Below, one piece after another: positions 9,361 to 19,742 of a DNA stretch of 33,989 bases. The stretch is taken from the sequence record SRR22947725_6754; one strand, given 5' to 3'. Position numbers and translations under genes: made by a program. The notes below the pieces were generated by a model. The model did no database searches and was not told the origin of the DNA. It saw only the letters and a program-made list of their open reading frames with translations. How positions within the stretch are numbered: position 1 is the stretch's first letter; every line of letters begins with the position of its first letter.

Positions 9361-11540
9361 ATGAACACAAATTTCATGCGCTTAGGAGTTTTAATTCTTT
9401 GTTCATGGATTTGGGGCTCTTGCCTTTTTATTGCGCACTCAGCCTCTGATAGCAGAGCTGACCGGTCAAAACTCAAGATCAATGAGATACTCGCAAGCAA
9501 TATCAATGACGTCAAAGATGAGTATAATGAAGATGAAGATTGGGTTGAATTATACAACGGAGGAGAGGCTGCCGTAGATGTAGGGGGCATGTACTTTTCA
9601 GACGATCCAAAAAAACTGTCCAAATTCCCACGGGAATGTCCCGGCATACAAATATCCCTCCGGGAGAATACAGGTTATTCTGGTTTGACGGTGAGCCCAA
9701 GGAAGGCCCTTACCATGTCTCCCTGAAGCTGAGCCGCAAAGGAGAAGCCTTGTTCCTCACCGATTCCGACGGTCAGACCTTGATTGATAGCGTTCGTTTC
9801 CCATTACAGCGAAATGATATCTCATATGGCAGGGATCCAAAAGACACAGATCGTTGGTTGTATTTCAAAAACACAACACCACTCCAACCGAACAACGCCG
9901 AGGAATCGGCTCACAACGTGGCAAAAGGTCCGGTCTACTCGCACGAGGAAGGCTTTTACGGTTCCCCCTTCGAGCTGAGCTTGAGCGCACCCTCGGATGC
10001 CACCATCTGTTACACTCTGGATGGAGCCGATACAGATAAAAAAAACAGGCTGACATATACCGGAGCTTTGACAATCCAAACGAACACCATCGTACGTGCG
10101 ACGGTCATTCGCCCCAATCATCTTCAAAGTGAAACTCTTACCAAATCTTTTTTCATTAATGAACAAAGTAATCTGCCAGTCATTTCCATCATCATGGATC
10201 CCTATTGGCTCTATGATGAAGATGATGGAATCTATACCAATTGGGAGGACGATTATGAGGTACCTGGGCACATCGAGTATTTTCCAGATAATGAAAGCAA
10301 GACCGCTGCATTTGCGTCCTACATGGGCGTGAGTATTGGAGGTAACACCAAGAGAGCATACCCTAAAAAATCCTTATCCATTAGATTCAGAAAGAGTTGG
10401 GGACAACCACATATCAAATATGCACTTTGGGATTCGAAGCCTAACGTCGAAAAATTCTATGGGCTGAACATAAGATCCGATATGGCGGGAGACAAAGTCA
10501 GCAGTCATCCGGTGTCAGGCGAGAGAATTAAAAACGAAATCATCTATGAATTCGCACATGCGCTCAATTCGCACGTCGACGTTCAGGCATACAAGCCGGT
10601 TTTACTTTTTCTGAATGGAAAATATTGGGGGCTATATACTTTAATGGAACGCAAGGGAATTGATTTTATTCAGGAGAGTCATGGATTTAAGGAGATCGAC
10701 ATGTTGAGTGAGGATGACATGGTGGTTAAGCATGGAGATGATGTTCATTTCGATAGAATGAGGCGTTACATCGAATCTTATGACATGACTGAACCTAATC
10801 ACTACCGTCAAGTTCAGCAGTGGATGGATGTGCTCAGCTTTATCGATTACTGGATTTTTGAATGCTACAGCGGAGCACACGATTACGAAGTGAACATACG
10901 TTACTGGCGCCCCAGAACTCAGGATGGAAAATGGAGATGGCTTGCCTTTGACATGGATTCCTGGCGGGAGTGGGATCATGATATCTTCGAATATTACTTT
11001 GGAGACGAAGATGAGCAAGTTGTCATGCTACCCTACCTTTTGAAGAATAAAGATTTCTTTCATCTTTTTGCGAATCGAATGTGCGATGTGCTCAATACAG
11101 GCATGAGCCCCGAAAGTGCGAGAGGGTTCGTCAGGAAAATCACAAAAAAAATTGAGCCTGAAATTGATCGGGAACGGGAACGCTGGAAAGATGAGCATGA
11201 ATATGTGGAAAAAGGATCTCAAATTGCTCGGTTCATGGAGCATGCTGCGAAACGTCCTGCTTATTTACGGCGGGCATTTCTAAATTTCTATAAGGTCAAA
11301 GGAAGGGAGATCAAGGTGAAGCTCAAAGTCAAAGGCCAAGGATCAATCCAAGTAAATACGATCACTCCAAAAAGCTATCCCTGGACTGGTGTTTATCTGG
11401 GTGGTATCCCCATCACCCTCGAGGCAAGGCCCGATGAGGGTTCGAGTTTCAGTCACTGGTCCACGCCTGAGCTGAGGCAAGATTCTCAAATCGAGATAAA
11501 CCTTATGGATGAAGTCGAAATCGAAGCAATCTTCGAGTAA
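9361..11540 (+). pseudogene. Secreted lamin-tail-domain + FN3/chitobiase-like + CotH kinase protein, interrupted by a -1 frameshift near 9609-9630 (pseudogene, sequencing/assembly error or recoded gene)
   Basis: ORF 9316-9726 holds the signal peptide and the first half of a lamin-tail domain (LKINEILASN...EDWVELYN...GGMYFSDDP). The overlapping ORF 9636-11540 holds the second half (IPPGEYRLFWFD...LKLSRKGEALFL...DISYGR), ICYTLDG, and CotH motifs (PKKSLSIRF, LFLNGKYWGLYTLMER, KWRWLAFDMD). Confidence 0.75.
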
Positions 11541-11555
11541 TTTGATACAATTTAC

Positions 11556-13367
11556 TTACTCGGATTGTTCTTTTTTCGGTGCTCTGAGCTGAATATGCAG
11601 ATCCCGCAATTGACGATTGTCAGCTACTCCAGGTGAGTCCGTCATCAAACAGGTCCCTTTGGCTGTTTTGGGGAAAGCGATGACGTCTCGTATGCTAAGC
11701 GTACCACACAGGATCGCAATCAAGCGATCAAAGCCCAAGGCGATTCCGCCATGCGGAGGGCATCCGTATCGAAAAGCTTCAAGCATGTAGCCAAATCGAG
11801 CCTTGATGACATCCTCGGGCAATTGAAGCACTTTTTCAAATATGGTGCGCTGTAATTCAGGCTGATGAATACGAATGGAACCTCCTCCGAGTTCAACCCC
11901 ATTGACCACAAGATCATAATGCTGGCCTCGCACTTTTTTGGGATCGGATTCAAGAAATTCGATATCCTCCTCGACAGGAGAAGTAAAGGGGTGATGACTC
12001 GAATACCATCGATTCATTTCCTTGTCGAAACTCAATAGAGGAAATTCAATCACCCAGAGAAAGTCAAAACGCTTGGAGTCAATTGTAAGTTTGCCACGCT
12101 TTTGCAGTAATTCAGCACAATGCAGGCGGATACGACCCAATACCTCACATGCAGCCAGCCACTGATCTGCCGCAAAAAGGATCAAATCACCATCTTCAAT
12201 TTGAAGTTGTTTTTGAAGTGCCGCTTTTTCTTCGTCGCTGAAGAATTTGACAATAGGCGATTTCCATTCACCATTTTCAACCTTGATGTAAGCAAGACCC
12301 TTCGCTCCGTGATTGATTGCAAGCTGTGTCAAGGATTCCATCTGTCCCTGCGTCACATCGGCCAATCCCTTGGCATTAATCGCCTTGATCACACCACCAC
12401 GCTGAATCGTCCCGCTGAAAACTTTAAACCCGCTACTTTTGAAAGCTTCGGAAAAATCATGTATTTCCAAACCAAAACGGGTATCGGGTTTATCAATCCC
12501 GTAGGTATTCATGGCTTCTTCAAAAGAAATACGTTTGAAAGAAGAAGGGATTTCGACGTCGAGAGCTTCTTTCCAAATCCGCCCCATCATTCCTTCAACG
12601 AGAGCGTAGATATCTTCTCGATCAATGAAAGACATCTCAATATCCACCTGAGTGAATTCAGGTTGACGGTCTGCACGCAGATCTTCATCACGATAACAGC
12701 GCGCCAGTTGGAAATACTTTTCAACCCCGCTTACCATGAGGATTTGTTTATACTGCTGAGGGGATTGTGGCAGTGCGTAGAAATGTGAGGGATGAATCCG
12801 GCTTGGCACCAGAAATTCACGGGCACCTTCAGGGGTAGATTTAAATAATGTCGGCGTTTCAACTTCGAGAAACTCCATCTCGTCCAGAAATACCCGCGTT
12901 GCCGTCGCCACTTTGCTGCGCAGCCTGAGGTTGTGAATCATTTCAGGACGGCGCAGGTCAAGATAACGGTACTTGAGGCGAAGTTCTTCGTTCACCTTGG
13001 ATGCCGTTTCAGGATCATCAACGGGGAAAGGCAATACGTCCGCAGCATTGAGCACCTCCATGGATTCCACCATGACTTCCACTTCGCCGGTGTCGATTTT
13101 GGAATTGTTCGTGCCTTCCGGTCGATGACGGACTTTTCCTGTAACTGAAATCACACTTTCGCTGTGTAATGAGGCTGCTTGATCAAACAAAGCAGCAGGC
13201 ACGTCGGTGGGATCAAACACGGTTTGCGTACGCCCTTCTCGATCTCGAATATCGATAAAAAGGACGCCCCCCAGATCTCGCCTTGAATGCACCCATCCAT
13301 TCAAGGTGACTATCTGATCAATGTGCGCTGTTCGAATCTCGTTACAATGTATAGTGCGTTTCTTCAT
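11556..13367 (-). CDS. aspS: Aspartyl-tRNA synthetase
   Basis: OB-fold GWVHSRRDLGG, LKYRYLDLRR, TPEGAREFLVP, LPQSPQQYKQ, motif 2 CYRDEDLRADRQPEFTQ, a GAD domain and motif 3 PPHGGIALGFDR. Confidence 0.97.
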   Translation of the reverse strand: MKKRTIHCNEIRTAHIDQIVTLNGWVHSRRDLGGVLFIDIRDREGRTQTVFDPTDVPAALFDQAASLHSESVISVTGKVRHRPEGTNNSKIDTGEVEVMVESMEVLNAADVLPFPVDDPETASKVNEELRLKYRYLDLRRPEMIHNLRLRSKVATATRVFLDEMEFLEVETPTLFKSTPEGAREFLVPSRIHPSHFYALPQSPQQYKQILMVSGVEKYFQLARCYRDEDLRADRQPEFTQVDIEMSFIDREDIYALVEGMMGRIWKEALDVEIPSSFKRISFEEAMNTYGIDKPDTRFGLEIHDFSEAFKSSGFKVFSGTIQRGGVIKAINAKGLADVTQGQMESLTQLAINHGAKGLAYIKVENGEWKSPIVKFFSDEEKAALQKQLQIEDGDLILFAADQWLAACEVLGRIRLHCAELLQKRGKLTIDSKRFDFLWVIEFPLLSFDKEMNRWYSSHHPFTSPVEEDIEFLESDPKKVRGQHYDLVVNGVELGGGSIRIHQPELQRTIFEKVLQLPEDVIKARFGYMLEAFRYGCPPHGGIALGFDRLIAILCGTLSIRDVIAFPKTAKGTCLMTDSPGVADNRQLRDLHIQLRAPKKEQSE

Positions 13368-13620
13368 GTAGCCAATACTGATTGGTATCCATCAATGGAT
13401 ACCCCCAATCGAGCGCATTGTTTTACTTGATTTAAGGATAAATCAAAGAAAAAACGCTGATTGATCCAGAGACGGGGTCAATTCAAGCGGCAAATATGGG
13501 GAAAACCGCTCCTTTTACAGATAAATCCTCCTTCATCGCAGCAATTCAGAACAACCGGGCAATCTGCACTTCCGAACACAGAAAATTGCAAAATCCAGGT
13601 TCAAATGATTTAGTAGAGTG

Positions 13621-13950
13621 ATGAATGACTATCGATTGGTTTTGGTCACGGCGCCCGATATGGAGTCAGCAAGGAAGTTGGTGAAAGGTGCTGTCGAACG
13701 AAGGTTTGCTGCCTGCGGGAAAATTATTTCAAATATTGAATCCCATTACTGGTGGGAAGGAAAGTTGCAACACAATCTGGAGTGTCAGTTATTATACAAA
13801 ACACACAATGAACGTATTAGCGATCTTCAGGGTTGGATTGTTTCGGAACACCCTTTTGAGACACCTGAGTTTGTTGTGATCCCGCTGGAATCAGGTTTTG
13901 AGAAGTATCTGGATTGGATCAAAGCTGAGACCAGAGCGGCAGACGCATGA
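13621..13950 (+). CDS. cutA: Divalent-cation tolerance protein CutA
   Basis: LVTAPD, AAC, SHYWWEGK, ExQLLYKT, HPFETPE and YLDWI; about 109 aa. Confidence 0.9.
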   Translation: MNDYRLVLVTAPDMESARKLVKGAVERRFAACGKIISNIESHYWWEGKLQHNLECQLLYKTHNERISDLQGWIVSEHPFETPEFVVIPLESGFEKYLDWIKAETRAADA

Positions 13951-13961
13951 AGCGAAATCGT

Positions 13962-15179
13962 TTATCCGACAAATGCAGCATGGGTTGATTTCAGAGCTGC
14001 TTCTCCTTTAGAGCATTCAATCACCACAGAAATTTTGATCTCACTGGTTGATATCATGAGAATATTCACCTTTTCTGTCGAGAGAACTTCAAACAACCTG
14101 GCCGCGACACCCGAATGGCTTTTCATGCCAACGCCAACCACAGATAGTTTGCAGATACTTTCGTCCGTGGTCATCTCAGCAAAACCAATGGATTGCTGTA
14201 GATCGTTTAACACTTTTTGCGCTTTAGTAAGGTCTGTTTTTTCGACAGTGAATGACAAGTCTGTCACGGGTAATCCATCCTCATGACTCACATTTTGCAC
14301 TATCATATCCACATTGACCGCGGCCGCGCTGAGGGGCTGAAAAATGGACGCGGCAACTCCCGGATGATCTGGCACATTCAACAATGTGACTTTTGCCTGG
14401 TTTTTATCAAGTGACACGCCGCGCACAACGACATTTTCCATATCAGGTGAGGATTCTTTCACAGTGGTTCCCGGATTATCATTTAGACTGGATCGCACTT
14501 CAAAGACGACTCCAAACTTTTTTGCAAACTCGACGGATCTTGATTGCATGACTTTGGCACCAGAACTAGCCAGTTCCAGCATCTCATCATAGGAAATGGA
14601 TTCCATCTTCCTGGCGGTAGAGACGATGCGTGGGTCGGCGGAATAAACCCCATCGACATCTGTATAAATCTGGCACAAATCAGCTTTGAGAGCAGCTGCC
14701 ATTGCGATGGCTGTCAGATCTGACCCTCCCCTTCCCAGCGTGGTGATCTGCCCTTCGCTTGTGCGCCCTTGAAAACCGGCAACAATCACCACATTTCCCT
14801 GATCAAGGAGTGCATGAGCTTGAGCTGGAGTGATATTTTTGATTTTCGCCTTGGAATGCACACCATCGGTGGTGATCCCTGCTTGAGCCCCAGTCAACGA
14901 AGCCGCAGGGATGTTCAAAGAGTGCAGTGCCATTGCAGTCAAGGCGATTGTTGTTTGCTCTCCAGTAGCAAGGAGCATATCCATTTCACGCTCAGCGGGC
15001 ATGTCTGTCATGGATCGAGCCATGCCGATCAACTTGTCGGTTACCCCGCTCATCGCTGAGACAACGACAACAACCTGATCCCCATTACGATGGTATCTGG
15101 CCACACGATCGGCGACGGCCTTGATCCGGTCCGTGGTTGCAACCGAGGTCCCGCCGTATTTTTGAACAATCAATGCCAT
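13962..15179 (-). CDS. lysC: Aspartate kinase (alpha/beta type, two ACT domains)
   Basis: MALIVQKYGGTSV start, VVVVSAM, VAGFQG, TTLGRGGSD, YTDVDGVY, ACT domains (PDHPG, VGVGMKSHSG) and ISTSEIKIS. ATG at 15179. Confidence 0.95.
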   Translation of the reverse strand: MALIVQKYGGTSVATTDRIKAVADRVARYHRNGDQVVVVVSAMSGVTDKLIGMARSMTDMPAEREMDMLLATGEQTTIALTAMALHSLNIPAASLTGAQAGITTDGVHSKAKIKNITPAQAHALLDQGNVVIVAGFQGRTSEGQITTLGRGGSDLTAIAMAAALKADLCQIYTDVDGVYSADPRIVSTARKMESISYDEMLELASSGAKVMQSRSVEFAKKFGVVFEVRSSLNDNPGTTVKESSPDMENVVVRGVSLDKNQAKVTLLNVPDHPGVAASIFQPLSAAAVNVDMIVQNVSHEDGLPVTDLSFTVEKTDLTKAQKVLNDLQQSIGFAEMTTDESICKLSVVGVGMKSHSGVAARLFEVLSTEKVNILMISTSEIKISVVIECSKGEAALKSTHAAFVG

Positions 15180-15201
15180 CTCAAATTCAGCTTCAAAATT
15201 C

Positions 15202-16290
15202 TTAGAGACCAATCAGTTTGGAAACTGCTTCTAAACTAGCTTCACTTTTAATGGGCTTCTTCGCTGCACATTGGATCGCCCGATCGGGATCTTTGAGACC
15301 GTGACCAGTCATCGTCGCGGAAATAAGGCTACCTTCAGGTATTCGCCCTGCCTTCACACATTTGATCAACCCTGCAAGTGGAGCTGCACTCGCAGGCTCC
15401 ACAAAGACACCTTCTGTTTGAGCTACCAGCATATAGGCTTCTACAATTTCTTCATCCGTGACTTTTCCAATCCAACCGTCTGAACTTTTGATCGCATGAT
15501 TGGCGGCCTGCCAGCTGGCTGGATTACCTATCCGGATAGCAGTCGCTATTGTCTCTGGATGCTCGTAAATTTGGCCATCTACGATGGGAGCAGCTCCCGC
15601 GGCCTGATAACCACACATTCTGGGGCGTGCATTCACAATGCCTGCTGCATGGTATTCCTGATAACCTTTCCAGTAGGCAGTGATATTTCCAGCATTGCCA
15701 ACAGGCAGAAAGTGAAAGTCAGGCGCTCTTCCGAGCTGATCGCAGATTTCAAATGCAGCCGTTTTCTGACCTTCGATGCGAGAAGGGTTGATGCTGTTGA
15801 CAACTTCCACTTTTCCGGTGGCTCCCAGCTCACGCACAATTCTCAAGGCATCATCAAAGTTACCATCGACGGCAATAGTCTGCGCTCCATACATTAACGC
15901 CTGGGCAAGCTTGCCCATTGCAATGTTCCCATCAGGCAAAAGTACGACGCATTTTAGATTTGCACGAGCGGCATAAGCAGCGGCGGAAGCCGATGTGTTT
16001 CCGGTGCTGGCACAGATGACGACTTCAGCTTTTTTTTCAACAGCCTTGCTGATCGCCATGGTCATGCCCCGGTCCTTGAAGGAAGCAGTGGGGTTCAGTC
16101 CTTCATATTTGAGGTATAGATCAAATTCACCACCTATCTTTCGGACAAAATTGTCCAGCTTGATCAGTAAAGTGTTCCCCTCGTTAAGGGTGATGATGGG
16201 AGTCGTATCCGTGACTGGAAGATAGCTGGCGTATTGACGTATCAGTCCCTGCCAATGAGTAATCTGTTCTTTTGAGGAAGGATGTTGCAT
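15202..16290 (-). CDS. thrC: Threonine synthase
   Basis: [21 protein letters not shown] (PLP Lys), [30 protein letters not shown] and [11 protein letters not shown] at 16290, just after the hom stop. Confidence 0.95.
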   Translation of the reverse strand: MQHPSSKEQITHWQGLIRQYASYLPVTDTTPIITLNEGNTLLIKLDNFVRKIGGEFDLYLKYEGLNPTASFKDRGMTMAISKAVEKKAEVVICASTGNTSASAAAYAARANLKCVVLLPDGNIAMGKLAQALMYGAQTIAVDGNFDDALRIVRELGATGKVEVVNSINPSRIEGQKTAAFEICDQLGRAPDFHFLPVGNAGNITAYWKGYQEYHAAGIVNARPRMCGYQAAGAAPIVDGQIYEHPETIATAIRIGNPASWQAANHAIKSSDGWIGKVTDEEIVEAYMLVAQTEGVFVEPASAAPLAGLIKCVKAGRIPEGSLISATMTGHGLKDPDRAIQCAAKKPIKSEASLEAVSKLIGL

Positions 16291-16294
16291 GCAA

Positions 16295-17611
16295 TTAATC
16301 TTCAAAATTTTCGACCCGAATCACCTTTGGAATACCCCGCACCACCTTGAGCTTACGAATGAGCTCAACAGCGTGATTCATTGATTCAATACTCGCATCA
16401 TGAACCATTAATATCAAGGGAACCATGTCACCTTCGTGCCCCTCTGGCTGTATGATGGATGAAATGCCAATATTTGATTCCGCAAGGATTGCAGTGATTT
16501 TTGACATGGTGCCGGGTCGGTCCACCACATTGAGCCGCAAATAAAATGGAGCAACGGTTTTTTCCCATGGCGCAACGATCCCATCTTCCGAGTGGGGAAC
16601 AAAAGGAGGAATGCGATTGTGAGTATCGTGCTTTAAATCAAGTGCGGCATCCGCCAGGTCACTGACAACAGCACTCGCGGTTGCATCCTGGCCTGCCCCG
16701 CGTCCGTAATACAATGTTTCCCCAACGATATCGCCTCCGATAAAAATGGCATTAAAAACGTCCTGCACACCGGCAAGGACATGATGATTAGGCACTAATG
16801 TTGGGCAAACGGATATTTGAATGGCGCAAGAATCTGATGTCTTTTTCGCTGGCTTGATTGTTGCCAGCAGTTTGATGGTATAGCCCAGCTGTTCGGAAAA
16901 TTGTATATCCAGAGGAGATATACCCCGAATGCCCTCGACATGAATCTGCTCGGGCGGGATCCAAAATCCATGCGCCAGAGAGCCGAGTATGCCCGCTTTA
17001 TGCATCGCATCGATACCGTCGACGTCTAGTGAAGGTTCAGCCTCCGCGTAACCGAGTCGCTGCGCATCTTCAAGCACTCCTCCAAATTCACTGCCTTCCC
17101 GCTTCATACGAGTCAGGATGTAGTTACAGGTGCCGTTGAGGATACCGTAAATGTAGGGAATACGGTTACCAATCAAACCTTCCCTGAGGACTTTGATGAT
17201 GGGGATGCCGCCAGCAACGCTGGCTTCGTAATACAAATTGGTGTTATTTTCATCGGCGAGCGCAAAAAGTTCTTCTCCAAATTCGGAAATAAGTGCTTTG
17301 TTGGCGGTAACGACTGGTTTTCCAAGGGCCAATGCTTTTTTGACAATCTGTTTTGCGGTCCGCACTCCCCCTACCAGCTCAATGACGAGATGTATCTTGG
17401 GGTCTTCAACAACAGATTTCCAGTCCGTAGATAGAAGCTTTTTGGCGATTTTTACGTTTCTCGTCTTTTGCAGATCACGCACAACCACGCTGCGAACCGA
17501 CAGACTGATACCAAGGCGTGAAGCGATCAGACGGCCATTTTTCTTTAGAGCCTGATAAACGCCGCCGCCGACTGTTCCTCCGCCGATGATTGCAACATTA
17601 ACTTTTCCCAT
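16295..17611 (-). CDS. hom: Homoserine dehydrogenase with C-terminal ACT domain
   Basis: [57 protein letters not shown] and ACT motif VDRPG. Confidence 0.95.
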   Translation of the reverse strand: MGKVNVAIIGGGTVGGGVYQALKKNGRLIASRLGISLSVRSVVVRDLQKTRNVKIAKKLLSTDWKSVVEDPKIHLVIELVGGVRTAKQIVKKALALGKPVVTANKALISEFGEELFALADENNTNLYYEASVAGGIPIIKVLREGLIGNRIPYIYGILNGTCNYILTRMKREGSEFGGVLEDAQRLGYAEAEPSLDVDGIDAMHKAGILGSLAHGFWIPPEQIHVEGIRGISPLDIQFSEQLGYTIKLLATIKPAKKTSDSCAIQISVCPTLVPNHHVLAGVQDVFNAIFIGGDIVGETLYYGRGAGQDATASAVVSDLADAALDLKHDTHNRIPPFVPHSEDGIVAPWEKTVAPFYLRLNVVDRPGTMSKITAILAESNIGISSIIQPEGHEGDMVPLILMVHDASIESMNHAVELIRKLKVVRGIPKVIRVENFED

Positions 17612-17756
17612 AAAAACAAAGGAGAAGAAATTGCATGATTCACCACTACTCGACAAATCCAAAATGAAGAAAATTCACTTACCCTGAAGAATAATCTTTT
17701 CAGGACTGGGGCAAAAGCTAGATTTGAAATAATCATCAGACGATAACAAACCAACC

Positions 17757-18956
17757 ATGGATACCTCACAATCAACCTGTTCCAGCTCTTTGATAGGCTG
17801 CTTTAGCCTGGCAGTATTCCTCAATGCATCTGCAGTCAACGCCGCCGAACAAAATGAATTCGAACCCCAAACTATTGATGACTCCATCAAAATTGGATAT
17901 GGCCTGGCCATCGAGGATGTGAATGGAGATGGGCGGAAGGATATACTTCTCGCGGATGCTCATCAGATCGCGTGGTATGAAAACCCTTCCTGGACCAAAC
18001 ACATCATGACGGAAAAACTCACTGAACGGGACCACGTTTGCATTGCAGCCAGAGATTTGGATGGTGACGGCAAGGCAGAAGTGGCTGTTGGTGCGGGTTG
18101 GAATCCAGGGGATACCGAAAATAGCGGAAGTGTCCATTACCTGATGCCCCCAGAAGATCTAAGAAAAAAATGGACTCCAATCAAACTCCCCAATGAGCCT
18201 ACGGTTCACCGAATGCATTGGGCAGAAAACTGGCGTGGTGACTGGGATCTGGTCGTTTTGCCCTTGCATGGGCGCGGCAATAAAGGAGGTAAAGGTGACG
18301 GGGTCAGAATGTTGGCCTATACAATGCCAGAAAACCCCAAAACCGAATGGCCCACCAGGCTGATCAACGGCGATTTGCACATGACCCACAATTTTGACGT
18401 CACTCAATGGGACGACGACACTACGGAAGAATTCCTCATTGCTGGGCGTGAAGGGGTTTTTGCCTCAAACTGGGTGGATGGGGCCATGAAACTTCACACC
18501 ATCGGCAATGATCAGGGTGGAGGCGCGGGTGAGGTGCGCTCAGGAAAATTACCTGACGGAAAGAGATTTGTCACATCCATCGAACCCATGCATGGCTCGT
18601 CGGTTGTCGTTTATACTCAATCAGACAGTAACTTGAATGGCACTTGGAAACGACATGTGATAGAGGATAAACTGAAGGATGGACACGCTGTGGCCTGTGC
18701 AGACCTTCTGGGAACGGGCAGTGACCAGATTATTGTGGGCTGGCGAGCAATGAGAAATTCAGGGGCTCCCGTTGGAATCAAACTTTACACGGCAAGCAAA
18801 CCGGATGGTTCTGAATGGGAAGCCAGTTCGATAGATGACAATCAAATGGCTTGCGAAGATTTAAAAGTCGCGGATTTAAACGGTGATGGAAAACTCGACA
18901 TCATTGCTGCAGGCCGCAAAACCAAGAATGTCATCATTTACTGGAACCGACGCTAA
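17757..18956 (+). CDS. Secreted FG-GAP/VCBS-repeat beta-propeller protein, His-rich (aldos-2-ulose dehydratase propeller-like)
   Basis: Signal peptide ending ...SAVNA. Ca-binding repeats DVNGDGRKD, DLDGDGKAE and DLNGDGKLD. His motifs TVHR, PLHG, MTHN, IEPMHG and DGHAVACAD. Confidence 0.7.
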   Translation: MDTSQSTCSSSLIGCFSLAVFLNASAVNAAEQNEFEPQTIDDSIKIGYGLAIEDVNGDGRKDILLADAHQIAWYENPSWTKHIMTEKLTERDHVCIAARDLDGDGKAEVAVGAGWNPGDTENSGSVHYLMPPEDLRKKWTPIKLPNEPTVHRMHWAENWRGDWDLVVLPLHGRGNKGGKGDGVRMLAYTMPENPKTEWPTRLINGDLHMTHNFDVTQWDDDTTEEFLIAGREGVFASNWVDGAMKLHTIGNDQGGGAGEVRSGKLPDGKRFVTSIEPMHGSSVVVYTQSDSNLNGTWKRHVIEDKLKDGHAVACADLLGTGSDQIIVGWRAMRNSGAPVGIKLYTASKPDGSEWEASSIDDNQMACEDLKVADLNGDGKLDIIAAGRKTKNVIIYWNRR

Positions 18957-18980
18957 AACGGTGTCAGACAGCCTTGTTCA

Positions 18981-19721
18981 GTGAGACAAATGGAGAATCA
19001 TTTACAAATTCAAGTCGGCAAACTCACACGCCGCGAGTTCAGGCTGCGAATGGGATCCGGCGAACTGCAAGCGTGTATCCTGCCTCTGGCGGCGATTGAA
19101 CAACACTTGGAGCATATGGCGATGGAGCATGATTGGCGCAGTGTCAGCCTCATGGCCAGAAAGGTAGCTGAAAACTTATCTCCAAAAGTGTTGGTAGCCG
19201 AAGCCATCATGGCAGGAATCAGCGAGCACCACATGAAACATCCAGGCACCTTGACATTGAAGCCCGGCACCTTTCTTGCGGTGGTATCGGATGTGATTGA
19301 AAGCCTGTCTCGCGCAGGTTTTCAAAATATTCTGGTCCTGAACGGCCACGGGGGCAATGTCATCCCTTGCCAGCAGACATGGGATCAATTTCTTCGATAT
19401 TTCCAGATCAATTTGCATTTTCTATCTTACTGGGATGTATTGAATCAGCATGACGCAAGGGAACTTTTGAAATCAGGTCATCGATTGCCCGAGGACCTTC
19501 CGGGTCACGCTCAGGAATTTGAAACAAGTATTGCACTGAAATGGTTTCCTGAAAATGTGCGCTCGGATGCCGTCGGGGATCAAAGGGATCGCACGCCAGC
19601 AGAGGCAAGACCAGAAACAGGCGAAGCCTTCACTGAGAGAATAGTGCATCGCCTTTCGGACTATTTGAAAGAAATGATTGACGGCAAACGCCAACAGATC
19701 ATCCCCCCCTTTCATCCCTAG
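18981..19721 (+). CDS. Creatininase/MftE-family amidohydrolase
   Basis: IEQH...D, GISEHH...PGTLTL, LNGHGGN and GHAQEFETS metal-binding motifs. Confidence 0.85.
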   Translation: MRQMENHLQIQVGKLTRREFRLRMGSGELQACILPLAAIEQHLEHMAMEHDWRSVSLMARKVAENLSPKVLVAEAIMAGISEHHMKHPGTLTLKPGTFLAVVSDVIESLSRAGFQNILVLNGHGGNVIPCQQTWDQFLRYFQINLHFLSYWDVLNQHDARELLKSGHRLPEDLPGHAQEFETSIALKWFPENVRSDAVGDQRDRTPAEARPETGEAFTERIVHRLSDYLKEMIDGKRQQIIPPFHP

Positions 19722-19742
19722 ATTTCCGTATTCACAAAGCCA

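Noticed and set aside
12120..12788. 222-aa ORF antisense to aspS, and the many other short antisense ORFs in the track
   Set aside because: These are shadow frames of conserved genes with no recognisable motifs.
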